64,000 nucleotides of DNA from Vulcanimicrobiota bacterium (GCA_050250895.1 JBFWNU010000003.1:170986-234985), one strand, 5' to 3'; shown: positions 1 to 10,552, counted from the stretch's first letter. The notes: generated from the letters alone by a model not told the origin. Numbers and translations: made by a program.

Positions 1-1
1 C

Positions 2-190
2 TTTCTCGAGCTCGAGCGAGGCGTCGGCACCTTCGTGGCCCGCGAGCCACCCGAGTCCCCCCTGGGACGGACCGACGTAAAGCGTATCCGTTCCAAAGCC
101 AGTCAACTGATCACCCTCAGCCGTGGTGCGGGTTTGAGCTTTGCCGAACTCACCCAGCTGATCGAGAATCTCTGGAAGGAGATGGAATGA
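2..190 (+). CDS. 3' end (62 codons) of an upstream gene, hypothetical; stop 4 nt before the SPFH gene start
   Basis: Open frame from the window edge ending ...ELTQLIENLWKEME*. It is co-directional with, and abuts, the stomatin-like gene, the position NfeD-like partner genes often occupy; no motif was recognised. Confidence 0.35.
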   Translation, partial: FLELERGVGTFVAREPPESPLGRTDVKRIRSKASQLITLSRGAGLSFAELTQLIENLWKEME

Positions 191-191
191 T

Positions 192-1046
192 ATGAACACT
201 AACATTTTTACCTGGTTGATTTTGTTGGCCAGCTTTCCGGCTGCGTTTTTCGCCGGTCAGTTTAGCGTGTTGGCCGGCTGGTTGGTGATGGGGCTGGGCC
301 TCTGGCTGAGCGCCTCGCCCCGCCAGATCGCCGAGTGGGAGCGCGGGGTCTTGCTGCGATTCGGCAAGTTCAGCAGGGTCCTCACTCCCGGCATCTCGTG
401 GGTCATCCCGGGCATCGACTCCATCACCAAGGTGGTCGACATGCGCATCCGCTCCACTTCGTTCTCGGCTGAGAAGACCCTGACCAGCGACACCGTGCCG
501 GTCAATGTCGATGCGGTCCTGTTCTGGGTGGTCACCGATGCCAAGCAGGCCGTGATTGAAGTCGAGGATTTCCTCACGACGATTAGCTGGGCCGCCCAGA
601 CCACGCTGCGCGACGTCATCGGTCAGACCGAGCTGGTTCGGATGATTTCCGACCGCAAGTCGATCGATGCCGAGCTGCAGAAAATCATCGACAGCAAGAC
701 CAGCGACTGGGGTATCACCGTACAGTCGGTCGAGATTCGCGATATGAAGATCCCGGCTGCTCTCGAGGATGCCATGAGCCGTAAGGCCCAGGCCGACCGC
801 GAGAAAGAAGCTCGCATCATCCTGGCCGAGTCCGAGCTGCGGGTGGCCGACGAGATGGAAAAGGCGGCCCGAGTCTACAACCGTGACCCGATTGCTCTGC
901 AAATCCGGGCCATGAACATGACCTACGAGTCGATCAAGGAAAGGGGTGCCCTGATGGTGGTTCCCAGTGAAATGATGAGCTCGATGAACGGCAGTCTGCT
1001 AGGAATGGGGACGGCCTGCTTCGAGCCCGAGACGGTGGTGAACTGA
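192..1046 (+). CDS. SPFH/band-7 (stomatin/QmcA-like) membrane protein
   Basis: GGAGG-type RBS (ggaaggag) 7 nt upstream of the ATG. N-terminal TM segment followed by the SPFH core (GVLLRFGKF...VIPGIDSITKVVDMRI...DAVLFWVV...) and a C-terminal coiled coil rich in A, E and R. Confidence 0.9.
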   Translation: MNTNIFTWLILLASFPAAFFAGQFSVLAGWLVMGLGLWLSASPRQIAEWERGVLLRFGKFSRVLTPGISWVIPGIDSITKVVDMRIRSTSFSAEKTLTSDTVPVNVDAVLFWVVTDAKQAVIEVEDFLTTISWAAQTTLRDVIGQTELVRMISDRKSIDAELQKIIDSKTSDWGITVQSVEIRDMKIPAALEDAMSRKAQADREKEARIILAESELRVADEMEKAARVYNRDPIALQIRAMNMTYESIKERGALMVVPSEMMSSMNGSLLGMGTACFEPETVVN

Positions 1047-1603
1047 TGTTTCCGCTCGCGGCGGCGGCCCTCTTTCGCAGGTCCCTCGAGCTCGAAGGGG
1101 TTCGCCTGGACCAGGCCACCTTGTTTCCTCTCTTCGATGAGACCGGCAAAGTCTTTAAGCTGCTGCTGGTGGTCGAAGAGCCGGTCCTGGTGGCGCTCAT
1201 CGACTGGCGACCCGGCCTGGTGAGTAAGCCGTTCTTCGGTCCGGTCCGGCTGGGCGTGCGACTCAATTCGCTCGACGACCTGACCGCTCGCGAGGCCAAC
1301 GAGGCTACCGGTTGGTGGCACTTCGACCCCTGGTGGTTGCTCACCGAGCCGCACCTGTGCAAGCATCCTTCGGCGGCTCAGCTGCGCACGACCAACTGCG
1401 TGAACGAATTGGAAAAGGTGACCTCCGTGAACTTCGCTCGCGACCTGTCGATGGTAACCTCGCTCGGTCACACTCGCGACGGCGAGTTGCGAGTGGTGCC
1501 GTTGGAGCCGGGCTGGCTGCCCCGGCGGACCGTAGAAGCGACTCCCTCGAGTCGGCGCACGGTGTGGCGCCTACGACCGTTCTGGCAGCGACCAGCCAGC
1601 TAG
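1046..1603 (+). CDS. hypothetical protein, translationally coupled to the SPFH gene
   Basis: ATGA start/stop overlap with the preceding gene; 185-aa ORF with coding-like GC3 and no recognised domain. Confidence 0.4.
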   Translation: MFPLAAAALFRRSLELEGVRLDQATLFPLFDETGKVFKLLLVVEEPVLVALIDWRPGLVSKPFFGPVRLGVRLNSLDDLTAREANEATGWWHFDPWWLLTEPHLCKHPSAAQLRTTNCVNELEKVTSVNFARDLSMVTSLGHTRDGELRVVPLEPGWLPRRTVEATPSSRRTVWRLRPFWQRPAS

Positions 1604-1655
1604 AAACACAAGAGCCGCGCGGGCAACCGCGCGGCTCAATTTCTTTGGGTGTTGT

Positions 1656-1946
1656 CTAAACGAATCGGGACCAGGTTCTGGTGGTCTCGCCGTTGGTGGC
1701 GGCCAGGGCGGCCCCGTGATGGTTAGGGCCGAATCCGGCTACGCCGCCGACGGCTCCACGCGGCCCGGCGGCCCCGGCCACGGCGACTCCGGCGTCGATG
1801 GTGCCGTCGCTACCTTGGTCGAAGGCCAGTCCGGCTACTCCCGCGCCGCGGGTTCCGGCTTCGTTGGCCACTCCCGCGCCACCCCAGTACCAGGTGTTGC
1901 CGGCGCGTCCAGTGTAGCTGTTGACTCCCGAGTTGTAGACCTGCAT
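1656..1946 (-). CDS. small Gly/Ala-rich protein (96 aa), hypothetical
   Basis: Strong RBS (GGAGGAAA) 6 nt upstream of the ATG on the minus strand. Gly/Ala/Val/Asn-rich composition with TWYWGGAG and NHHG motifs. Confidence 0.5.
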   Translation of the reverse strand: MQVYNSGVNSYTGRAGNTWYWGGAGVANEAGTRGAGVAGLAFDQGSDGTIDAGVAVAGAAGPRGAVGGVAGFGPNHHGAALAATNGETTRTWSRFV

Positions 1947-2065
1947 CGTTCGTTTCCTCCGTGGTTTCTTTCGTTGTGGCTATGTCCAGAGAATAGCCCT
2001 CCTCGTTGTCAGGCCGCCAACAGGCCGCTTACAGGTCGCTTACAGAGGTTAAACGTTTGTGCGCT

Positions 2066-2254
2066 CTAGCGATAGGCTCCCCGATAGGCCCCAACGGCGT
2101 TGCGCTGTGCGTTGTGATGGCCTGCCACTCCGGCTTTGCGGCCGCTGGATCGGGCCGGTTTGGTGGTGGGGTTCGGGACGGGGCCAACGGCCAGATCATA
2201 CAGACTAGGAGTTCTCGGAGCATTGCGGGCGGTTCCTGCGGTGGGGTTAATCAT
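2066..2254 (-). CDS. small hypothetical protein (62 aa from the second Met)
   Basis: AGGAGG RBS 7 nt upstream of an internal ATG (MINPTAG...). It shares GVAGHH/NHH-type motifs with the neighbouring small protein, suggesting a paralogous pair. Confidence 0.4.
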   Translation of the reverse strand: MINPTAGTARNAPRTPSLYDLAVGPVPNPTTKPARSSGRKAGVAGHHNAQRNAVGAYRGAYR

Positions 2255-2475
2255 TGGGGTTGCCTCCTGTTTGGTTGATGCCATCACCTTATCAGGCGAA
2301 GGCTCGAACAGCGTCTGAATCTCGGGTTGCTTGTTGCCGATTTGTAAAATTTCGGTTCTGGATGCCCCCGGGGGGTACTACCCTGTTCGAATGCCCGGGG
2401 TCAATACGGCCGGAGGGCGAGTTGCCTTCGCTCGCTAGCTACCATGGGCTTATACCACTCAGGAGGAAATTCCAA

Positions 2476-3270
2476 ATGATGAAACATTTTATCGCTAGTG
2501 TAGCTGCCGCTTCTTGCCTGTTGGCGGCTGGACCGGCTATGGCCCACGAAGACAATACCACCATGATCCGCGACGATTCCAAGTCGATCGTCAATCTCGA
2601 CGACCGTGGCCTGATCATGTTCCACGAACCGGTGGCCATCGAAGGCACCGTGCGCGGCGTCCATATGGGGCAGATTCAGATCGAGGCCGAGAACAACCAG
2701 ATGATCGAAGTGCCTCACATGGCCCTGGTCTGGAATGGCGACACCAAGATCTTCGCCCAGGACTGCGAGATTGGCGACCACGTCATCATGCATCTGCGTC
2801 AGGGCGAGCCTTATGACGTGATGAAGATGGCCAACGGTGACCTGGCTCTGTTGAGCTACGACGGGGTATTTCGTGTGCCCGAGAGCTTCATCGCCGCCAT
2901 CGACATCGATGGCCTGGATGGTGACATCTATGCCAATACCGATGACCGCAACTATACCTTGAACGACCGCTACATCGACGCCGACAACGACGGCATTCGT
3001 GATGACCACGACGCCTGGGTCGACGTCGATAACGACGGCATCAACGACTCCGGCGACACCTTCGTGGACGCCGATAAAGACGGCATCCGCGACGACCACG
3101 ACTCCTTCGTAGACGCCGATAACGATGGCATGCGTGACAAAGTGACCTATACCGACGTCAACAAGAATGGCATTCGCGACGATGTCGAAGACTATCGCAG
3201 CTATGACTACGACCTGCGTGACCAGGCCGTGAGCGTCGACCAGGATGACGACGAACTCGTCACCCGCTAA
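2476..3270 (+). CDS. secreted calcium-binding protein with thrombospondin-type-3-like Asp-rich repeats
   Basis: AGGAGGA RBS and a signal peptide (MMKHFIASVAAASCLLAAGPAMA). Repeated DxDxDGIRDDHD motifs (DADNDGIRDDHDAWVDVDNDGINDSGDTFVDADKDGIRDDHD...). Confidence 0.8.
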   Translation: MMKHFIASVAAASCLLAAGPAMAHEDNTTMIRDDSKSIVNLDDRGLIMFHEPVAIEGTVRGVHMGQIQIEAENNQMIEVPHMALVWNGDTKIFAQDCEIGDHVIMHLRQGEPYDVMKMANGDLALLSYDGVFRVPESFIAAIDIDGLDGDIYANTDDRNYTLNDRYIDADNDGIRDDHDAWVDVDNDGINDSGDTFVDADKDGIRDDHDSFVDADNDGMRDKVTYTDVNKNGIRDDVEDYRSYDYDLRDQAVSVDQDDDELVTR

Positions 3271-3365
3271 TCGATAGCTTAATCCTTGACCGCGAAGGTG
3301 GGGCCACCTTCGCGGTCTTTCTTTTGTCCAGAAGGCTCCGCGCCCCTGAAAGCGAAGGCGCGGCC

Positions 3366-3821
3366 ATGCCTTCTTACTGGCTTTTCAAGAGTGAACCTGA
3401 TGTCTTTTCGATCGACGATCTGGCGGCCGTCGAGAGCGAGCATTGGGACGGCGTTCGCAACTATCAAGCCCGCAACAACCTGCAGGCCATGAAAGTCGGC
3501 GATCTCGGGTTTTTCTATCACAGCCGCCTGAATCCATCCGGTATCGTCGGTATTTGTGAAGTGGTGAAAGAGGCCTACCCCGACCACACGGCCTTCGACC
3601 CCAAGAACAAGTATTACGATCCAAAGTCCACTCCCGAGAAGCCACGCTGGTTCATGGTCGACATCAAGTTCGTAGACAAGTTCTCGCGCATGATCGACCT
3701 GCACGAGGTCAAGTCTGACCCCAAGTTGGCCGAGATGGCTCTGGTCAAGAGCAGCCGTCTCTCGGTGCAGCCCGTGTCTGCCAAAGAGTGGAAGCACATC
3801 TGTAAACTCGCTGGCGGTTAA
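3366..3821 (+). CDS. EVE (PUA-like) domain protein
   Basis: [19 protein letters not shown]...[13 protein letters not shown]...GDLGFFYHS is the canonical EVE/thymocyte-nuclear-protein-like N-terminus. Confidence 0.85.
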   Translation: MPSYWLFKSEPDVFSIDDLAAVESEHWDGVRNYQARNNLQAMKVGDLGFFYHSRLNPSGIVGICEVVKEAYPDHTAFDPKNKYYDPKSTPEKPRWFMVDIKFVDKFSRMIDLHEVKSDPKLAEMALVKSSRLSVQPVSAKEWKHICKLAGG

Positions 3822-3823
3822 TC

Positions 3824-5212
3824 ATGGACGTGCTCATGCTGGCCAGGTTGCAGTTCGCCCTGACCATCATGTTCCATTATCTCTTTCCGCCCCTCACCAT
3901 CGGGCTGGGGATGCTGATGGTGGTGGTGGAGGGTCTCTATCTCAAGACCGGCGACCCTCGTTACCGGACCATCGCCCGCTTCTGGACGCGCCTCTTTGCC
4001 GTCAACTTCGCCATGGGCGTGGCCACCGGCATCGTGATGGAGTTCGAGTTCGGCACCAACTGGGCCACCTATTCGCGCTATGTCGGGGACGTGTTCGGCT
4101 CGGCCCTGGCCGCCGAGGGGATCTTTGCCTTCTTTCTCGAGTCTGGCTTTTTGGGAGTGGTCGTCTTTGGCTGGGAGCGGGTTTCTAAGCGGTTTCATTT
4201 CTTTGCCACCTGCATGGTTTGTCTGGGTGGCTTTTTCTCGTCCATCTGGATCGTCATCGCGAACTCTTTCATGCAGACTCCGGCTGGGTTTCACCTGGTC
4301 GAGCACCCCCACGGCATGCGAGCCGAGATCACCGATTTTTGGGCCATGGTGTTCAATCCCTCGAGTCTCGACAGGCTCGTTCATGTGTGGCTGGGTTCGT
4401 TCATCCTGGGAGCCTTTTTCGCCCTCTCCATCGCCTCGTTCTATGTCTTGAGGGGCCGCCACCCCGAGGTGGCCCCGCTGATGGTCAAGATCAGTCTGGC
4501 CTTTGCCACCCTCTGGTCGACTTTGATGCTGGTGTCGGGCGACTCTAACGCCCGCATGGTGGCGCGCGAGCAACCGGCCAAGATGGCCGCCTTCGAGGCG
4601 CTCTTCAAGACCACCGAAGGGGCCACCGGATTCTGGCTGGTCGGCTGGCCCGACGCCGACCAGGAGAAGGTCACCGGGATCGAGGTTCCCGGTTTGCTCA
4701 GCTTGCTCGTCCATCGCGATCTCGAGACGCCGGTGGCCGGACTGGATCAGGTCCCCGCCGACGAGCGTCCGCCGATCTGGCTGCCTTTTCAGGCTTATCA
4801 TCTGATGATCGCCCTGGGCACCGCTTTCATCGGACTCAGCTGGCTGGGGTGTTTCTTCTGGTGGCGGGGCACATTGTTCGAGCAGCGCTGGCTGCTCTGG
4901 CTCTTTGTCTTCAGTGTGCTAGGAGCCTACGCCGCCAACGAGGCGGGCTGGGTTGCCGCCGAGGTGGGGCGCCAACCCTGGGTGGTCTATGGTTTGCTGC
5001 GCACCGACCAGGGCTTGTCCCAGGCGGTGGTCGCCAGCCAGGTGCTGGCCTCGATCCTGATGTTCGGCGTCGTCTACTTCCTGCTGTTTCTGGTTTGGGT
5101 CTTCGTGATGAACAACAAGATCCGCCACGGTCCCGAGGACATCGAGGCCGAACCTCGGCACAGCGAGAATCCGCTGGCGGTGGCGGCCACCCGCTATGAG
5201 GAAGAACCGTGA
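3824..5212 (+). CDS. cydA: cytochrome bd ubiquinol oxidase subunit I
   Basis: The N-terminus ([24 protein letters not shown]...[17 protein letters not shown]...[10 protein letters not shown]) closely matches CydA over its full length. Confidence 0.95.
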   Translation: MDVLMLARLQFALTIMFHYLFPPLTIGLGMLMVVVEGLYLKTGDPRYRTIARFWTRLFAVNFAMGVATGIVMEFEFGTNWATYSRYVGDVFGSALAAEGIFAFFLESGFLGVVVFGWERVSKRFHFFATCMVCLGGFFSSIWIVIANSFMQTPAGFHLVEHPHGMRAEITDFWAMVFNPSSLDRLVHVWLGSFILGAFFALSIASFYVLRGRHPEVAPLMVKISLAFATLWSTLMLVSGDSNARMVAREQPAKMAAFEALFKTTEGATGFWLVGWPDADQEKVTGIEVPGLLSLLVHRDLETPVAGLDQVPADERPPIWLPFQAYHLMIALGTAFIGLSWLGCFFWWRGTLFEQRWLLWLFVFSVLGAYAANEAGWVAAEVGRQPWVVYGLLRTDQGLSQAVVASQVLASILMFGVVYFLLFLVWVFVMNNKIRHGPEDIEAEPRHSENPLAVAATRYEEEP

Positions 5213-6225
5213 TGGACCTCAACATCTTCTGGTTCGTGCTGGTGGGGGTGTTGTTGGCCGGTTATGCCGTGCTCGACGGCTTTGACCTGGGGGTCGGCAT
5301 CGTTCACTTCACGGCCCGGGACGACCGCCAGCGTCGGCTCTACATGAACTCGATCGGGCCCCTCTGGGACGGCAACGAGGTGTGGCTGGTGACCTTCGGC
5401 GGAGCCCTCTTTGCGGCCTTTCCCGAGGTCTACGCCACCGCTTTCTCGGCCTTCTACACGCCTTTCATGCTCCTGCTCTGCGGCTTGATTTTTCGAGCGG
5501 TGTCGATGGAGTTTCGCAGTAAGGCCGAGTGGCCCTGGTGGCGCAGCTTCTGGGATTTTTGCTTCTCGGCGTCGTGCACGGCCGTGGCTTTTCTTTATGG
5601 GGTGGCGGTGGGCAACTCGCTGTTGGGACTGGCCATCGGCCCCAGGGGCGTCTTTGAGGGCCGAACCCTCGACCTGCTGGGCTTTTACCCGATGTTGGTG
5701 GGCGCGCTGGTGGTGGCCCTGTTCGCCATGCACGGGGCCATCTTTCTTTACCTCAAGAACGAGGGCGAGTTGCAACAGCAACTGAAACCCTTGATGTGGA
5801 AGTGCTACGGAATCTTCTTGGTGCTCTATCTGTTCGCCACCATCTACACCCTGGTGGAAGTGCCAGCGGCCATCCCCAACCAGAAGGGGCCCATCTTTTG
5901 GCTGGCCATCTTTCTCAACGTGGCCGCCATCGGCAACATTCCTCGAGCCATCTATTACGGCCGCGAGTTCGACGCCTTCCTCTCGTCGGCGCTCGTGATC
6001 CTGGCCCTGACCTTTTTGTTCGGCGCGGCGCTCTTTCCCAATTTGATGGTCTCGAACCTCGACCCGGCCTACAGCCTGACCGTCTACAGCGCGGCCTCGT
6101 CCCAGTCGACGCTCAAGTTGATGCGGGTCATCGCTTTTTTAGGTATGCCGTTCGTGATGACCTATACCGGCGTCATCTACTGGGTGTTTCGAGGCAAGAC
6201 CCAGCTCGACGAGCACTCCTATTAA
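5209..6225 (+). CDS. cydB: cytochrome bd ubiquinol oxidase subunit II
   Basis: Overlaps the cydA stop (GTGATG). The N-terminus ([25 protein letters not shown]) is the CydB signature and the protein is polytopic. Confidence 0.95.
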   Translation: MMDLNIFWFVLVGVLLAGYAVLDGFDLGVGIVHFTARDDRQRRLYMNSIGPLWDGNEVWLVTFGGALFAAFPEVYATAFSAFYTPFMLLLCGLIFRAVSMEFRSKAEWPWWRSFWDFCFSASCTAVAFLYGVAVGNSLLGLAIGPRGVFEGRTLDLLGFYPMLVGALVVALFAMHGAIFLYLKNEGELQQQLKPLMWKCYGIFLVLYLFATIYTLVEVPAAIPNQKGPIFWLAIFLNVAAIGNIPRAIYYGREFDAFLSSALVILALTFLFGAALFPNLMVSNLDPAYSLTVYSAASSQSTLKLMRVIAFLGMPFVMTYTGVIYWVFRGKTQLDEHSY

Positions 6226-6260
6226 GTCTTCTTTGAGGGGGCTCGACTAGGCTGGGAAGA

Positions 6261-9200
6261 ATGAAGATCGGGTCGTTCCAACCCAATACCCCGCCCGTGC
6301 GCACCGCTGCCGTCTCGCCCGCCCTGGTCGACGCCTATCGCCCCTGGCAGGCTGAGGGAGATTGGCAAACCGGCACCAACTGGCGCGGTCAGGCCATCTG
6401 GAAGAGCAACTCGGGCCGCTACGAGGACAGCCAGAACACCAGTCTGACCAGCCAGCCCCTGTCGCTGCGGGGGTTGACCCAGCCGCGCTTGAAGTTCCGT
6501 TGTGGCTACGGCCTCGAGGACAGCTACGACCATGTCCATCTCGAACTCAAGACCGAACACGGCAGCTGGCGCGAACTCAAGGACTTCACCGGCAAGACCT
6601 GGCTGGGCAAAGATGTCGACCTCGACCTGTCTGGTTATCAGGGAGAAGTCGTCCAGTTGCGGTTTCGGTTGCGCACCGACGGCAGCAATTCGGGCAGCGG
6701 TTTCAAGTTTTCCAAGCTTCGCCTGGAAGGGTTCGACTTCGAGGGCAAGCCTGTAAACCACTCGTTGCAATCGACCCAGGGACCCGATTTGAGTGGCCTC
6801 TCCGATCAGCAGTCGGCGCAGCTCGAGCAGCTGACCCGTCAGTTGGGAAGCCCCGAGGATGCCTATCTTTTGTGGCAGAGCCATCCCAATCCTCAGCCGG
6901 GCCTGGTCGAGCTGACCCGTCAGGCCGGAGCGGCCGAGGCGGTGGCCAGCTGGCCCCTGGTCGAGGCCGACGACAAGGCTCAAGAGCGCATGGAATGGCT
7001 ACGCCAAAAGGTGGACGGAAAGCTGGCTCGCCAGGTCTGGCCCACGGTCCAGGCCGGCGACGAGAGCTCTTTAGAAGCGCTGGCTGCTGCCTCGGGCAGT
7101 TTTGCCAAAGCCGCTCAGCTCTGGCCGTTGGTGGCCGAGCGACGCGATCAGGCTGATTTCTCGGACCTGCTGGATGGTTTGGGCAAACTGGCTAGCGAGG
7201 CTGAACCCGAGGAAATCAAAAATCGCTGGTCTTTGCTCGGGCATGGTCCCCAGACTCTGACCGACCGGCTAAGCCTGTACCGGGCCGCCCGCCGCCTGTC
7301 TGAAAAGGACGGGGTGGAACTCTATTGCAAGCTGGTCACGGCCGGCGCCGACGGAAGCACCGGCCAGACCCTGCACGACCTGCTCAGCCACAACCGGGAC
7401 TGGAGTGGCGACTGGGGTCAGGAGAAGAGCCTGTTAAAAGGCCAGGTTTGGAGCGATAGCCCGGGCGGAAAGTATGCCAGCAGCGCTCGCACCAGCCTGA
7501 CCAGCCCGCCCATTCCGCTGGCCGAATGCGAGCAGCCGAAGGTCCACTTTTCGGCCTTCTATAGTCTCGAAGATGGCTACGACAAGGTGCATCTCGAGGC
7601 GGCCGGGCGCGACGGACACTGGCGGTCGCTAGACACGTTCACCGGCAGCAGCTGGATGTGGAAGCACAAGTCCTATGCCCTGGACGCCTTCGGACGCCAG
7701 CCCGTGCGCTTTCGCTTTCGCCTCGAGAGCGATGGCTCCAACGAGAAAGACGGCTTTTCGCTGGCCGACCTGCGGGTCGAGGATTCGGCCGGCCGCTGCC
7801 TGCGGCCCGAGGGCAAACCCGATGCGTTCGCCCAACCCCTGGTCGATTTCGCCATTGCTCATCCTGACCGCCTCGAGCAGCTGGGCTCGGTGGCCGACCA
7901 GCTGGGCTCGGTGCGATCGGGCTTGGACTTTCTGCAGGCCTTCGATACGCCCGCCAACCACCCCCAACAGGCTCAGCACCGCCAGGCCCTGGTCGAACTC
8001 TTCGATCTGGCCGGCTCGAAGGCGGCGGCTGCCTGCTGGCCCCTCATCAAAAGCTCCAGGGAAAAGGACTTCGCGGGTCAGGCGGCCTTGCTCAAGTGGG
8101 GCCTCGACCAGACGGGGCCCGACCAGCTCAAAGCTCTGTGGCCAAGCCTGGCCTCCGGCGACCAGTCTCGGCTGGCTGCCTTCACCCGGCAGTTGGGCAG
8201 CTTCGAGAGCGCTGCTTCGCTCTGGCCGCTGGTCTCGCAGCGACGCCACCAACCGGGCTTTGACGGCGAGCTGACCCAACTCGCGTCGTTGGTGGAAACG
8301 GTCGGCCTTGACGAGGCCCGTCGCCGACTTTCTGGGCAGACCGATTTGGAGAGTCACCTGGCCCTCGAAGAAGTGGCTTCGCGACTGGCACCCGGCCAGT
8401 CGGAACCTCTCTCGCAGCGGCTTCACCAGGCCGGTCTCGACCCGGCCGGAGTCAAGGCGCTACTGTCTTTGACCGAGCAGATGACCTTCTGGAAGGCCGA
8501 GGGCAGCTGGGGTAGGGAAGGCAGCCTGTTCAAGGGTTCATGCTGGAGCGATAGTCCCAAAGCCAACTATCCTGACAGCGCCGACTATTCCCTCACCAGC
8601 CAGCCGTTGGACCTCTTCGGTCTCAAAGAGGCCACCCTCCATCTTTCTTCGCGCTTTTCGTTGGAAGACGGCTATGATTTCGCTCGTCTCGAGTTGGGCA
8701 CGGCCGACGGCCGCTGGCACGAGTTGCACAAATTCACCGGCAACCGCCCGGTTTGGTGGAGTAACGACTTTGATCTGGGCGACTACGCCGGCCAGAAGGT
8801 TCGCTTGCGGTTTCGCCTCACCAGCGACGGCTCGCGCGCCAAGAGCGGCTTTTCCTTTGCTGGCCTGCGACTTGACGGCCGGGCCCCCGATGGCTCGAGA
8901 ATCAGTCGTCACCTCGACCAGCCCGACCGTAGCCAGTCCATCCAGCAGCTGGTGGACCTGGCCTGCGATCCCAACCTGCCGGCGGCCGAGCGCAGCCAGA
9001 AGCTGCAGACTCTCGACAGCGTCTCGCAGCGATTGAATAGTCCCGAAGCAGGCTTGGCCTTCATGCCTTTCGACCAGAGCCCCGAACGCGAGCTGGTCCT
9101 GCAGGCTTTCGCCAGCTGCGGAGAGGGGGCGGCCGGTCGGGCGGCCAGCCTGGGCGTCTCCTTGCGGGACCGCGATCCCACCCTGAAGTGGCTCAGCCAG

Positions 9201-10508
9201 CACGGCCAGACCGGCAGCGACGAGTTCTGGCGCCGCTGCCTGAGCAACAACGGCCTGGTTCCTTCGACACTCGATCGCATCAGCCGGCTGGCCGAACAGT
9301 TGGCTCGGCAACCCGAGCAGCGCCAGGCCTTCGTCGAGGCGATCGTGGCCGGCGGCGCCTGGGACATCCAGCAGCTACACATGCTCGAGGGCATGGCCCA
9401 CAACCTGACCGGCTGGAAGTCCGAGAGCGGCTGGGGTGCCGAGCGTACCTGGTTGCACGGCAAGGTCTGGTCCGATAGCCCGGGAGGCAAGACGCCCTCG
9501 AATGCCGACCACCGGCTGGTCAGCTCGCCCCTTTCTCTGAAGGGCCTCAGCGATACCCGCCTGGCTCTCACCGGCAGCTTCAGTCTGGAAGACGGCTACG
9601 ACCACCTTCACGTGGAAGTGCAGGCGGGCGGCAGCTGGCGGACCGCCGAGAGCTATACCGGACGCGGCTTCTGGCGCACCCGCGAGGTGGATCTGAGCAG
9701 CTACGACGGTCAGGACATTCAGCTTCGCCTGCGCCTGAATACCGACGGGAGCAAGAACGGCGACGGTTTCAAACTGGGCAAGGCCACCATCAAGGCGAAC
9801 CGCAACGGCAAGCCGGTCAACCTGGTGATCGGGCAGTCGCCCGACGAAAACCTGGCCAGTTCGCTGGTGCGCTACCTGGACAAGCCCGAGACGCTGGGGG
9901 TCTGGATGCGGTTGGTTGGCCTGGGCATGGCTCCCGACGCCCAGCACGCCTTGCTCGACCTGGCTCACAACGGCGTCGATTCGTCCCAGCTGCTGAAGCT
10001 GCTCGAGTTTTCTGGCCTCGATCGGGCCGAAGAGCTGTGGCAGAAGGTGGCCCAGGATCCGGCCCGATTGTTGCCGGTGATGGCCTCGGCCCACTATCTG
10101 GCCGACGCCACGGACAAGCCCGAGCTGCCTTTGTATGAACGCCTCTCCCAGTCAAGGGTCGAGGGGACCTCGCTCGAGCGCCTGGCCCGCCAGGCCGACG
10201 CTGCCGACGCGGACTATCTGGTGCGCCTGGCCGGCTCGAGCCACCGCGACCGGGACAAGGCTTTGCGCTTGCTGGCCTCGGGTCGCGAGCCGGCCGCCGT
10301 GGTCAAGTTTCTGGCCGGCAAGAGCCGGGGCGCGGTTTCGGTCAGCGGTACCATCGACTTTCTCGACCGCCTCAGCCGGGCCACCCTGCTCGAGGACACC
10401 CCGTTGCAAGAGCTGATGGAGTCGCTCTATCGCGAGTCGACCGAGCTGCTGCTCGACGACGAGTCGCTCACCGTCGGCGACTACACCGTCGAGGTTCGCT
10501 CGGAGTAG
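6261..10508 (+). CDS. giant (1415 aa) repetitive protein with four MAM-/choice-of-anchor-J-like beta-sandwich domains, each followed by a helical module
   Basis: Four units of W..W......SLTS.P..L.....L.F...Y.LEDGYD..HLE....G.W..L..FTG.....DL..Y.G..V.LRFRL..DGS....GF, at about aa 30-170, 375-510, 755-885 and 1060-1190. Repeated AA.LWPLV..RR.Q..F linker motifs lie between them. No signal peptide was seen. Confidence 0.8.
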   Translation: MKIGSFQPNTPPVRTAAVSPALVDAYRPWQAEGDWQTGTNWRGQAIWKSNSGRYEDSQNTSLTSQPLSLRGLTQPRLKFRCGYGLEDSYDHVHLELKTEHGSWRELKDFTGKTWLGKDVDLDLSGYQGEVVQLRFRLRTDGSNSGSGFKFSKLRLEGFDFEGKPVNHSLQSTQGPDLSGLSDQQSAQLEQLTRQLGSPEDAYLLWQSHPNPQPGLVELTRQAGAAEAVASWPLVEADDKAQERMEWLRQKVDGKLARQVWPTVQAGDESSLEALAAASGSFAKAAQLWPLVAERRDQADFSDLLDGLGKLASEAEPEEIKNRWSLLGHGPQTLTDRLSLYRAARRLSEKDGVELYCKLVTAGADGSTGQTLHDLLSHNRDWSGDWGQEKSLLKGQVWSDSPGGKYASSARTSLTSPPIPLAECEQPKVHFSAFYSLEDGYDKVHLEAAGRDGHWRSLDTFTGSSWMWKHKSYALDAFGRQPVRFRFRLESDGSNEKDGFSLADLRVEDSAGRCLRPEGKPDAFAQPLVDFAIAHPDRLEQLGSVADQLGSVRSGLDFLQAFDTPANHPQQAQHRQALVELFDLAGSKAAAACWPLIKSSREKDFAGQAALLKWGLDQTGPDQLKALWPSLASGDQSRLAAFTRQLGSFESAASLWPLVSQRRHQPGFDGELTQLASLVETVGLDEARRRLSGQTDLESHLALEEVASRLAPGQSEPLSQRLHQAGLDPAGVKALLSLTEQMTFWKAEGSWGREGSLFKGSCWSDSPKANYPDSADYSLTSQPLDLFGLKEATLHLSSRFSLEDGYDFARLELGTADGRWHELHKFTGNRPVWWSNDFDLGDYAGQKVRLRFRLTSDGSRAKSGFSFAGLRLDGRAPDGSRISRHLDQPDRSQSIQQLVDLACDPNLPAAERSQKLQTLDSVSQRLNSPEAGLAFMPFDQSPERELVLQAFASCGEGAAGRAASLGVSLRDRDPTLKWLSQHGQTGSDEFWRRCLSNNGLVPSTLDRISRLAEQLARQPEQRQAFVEAIVAGGAWDIQQLHMLEGMAHNLTGWKSESGWGAERTWLHGKVWSDSPGGKTPSNADHRLVSSPLSLKGLSDTRLALTGSFSLEDGYDHLHVEVQAGGSWRTAESYTGRGFWRTREVDLSSYDGQDIQLRLRLNTDGSKNGDGFKLGKATIKANRNGKPVNLVIGQSPDENLASSLVRYLDKPETLGVWMRLVGLGMAPDAQHALLDLAHNGVDSSQLLKLLEFSGLDRAEELWQKVAQDPARLLPVMASAHYLADATDKPELPLYERLSQSRVEGTSLERLARQADAADADYLVRLAGSSHRDRDKALRLLASGREPAAVVKFLAGKSRGAVSVSGTIDFLDRLSRATLLEDTPLQELMESLYRESTELLLDDESLTVGDYTVEVRSE

Positions 10509-10552
10509 CACTGGCTCGCCGTTGCGTGGGCCGGGACCAGGATGGGCCCGGT

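Noticed and set aside
150-902. 250-aa minus-strand ORF antisense to the SPFH gene, and similar long antisense ORFs (3818..4801, 6222..6983, 22073..23407, 25534..26751, 62854..63696)
   Set aside because: High-GC antisense shadows of genes with clear family signatures (SPFH, cydA, MFS/spermidine synthase, ATP-grasp, REC-GAF-PAS); no RBS or motifs.
2254-2475. N-terminal 74-codon extension of the TSP3-repeat protein ORF
   Set aside because: The AGGAGGA RBS and signal peptide start at 2476. The extension overlaps the minus-strand small ORF and has no features.
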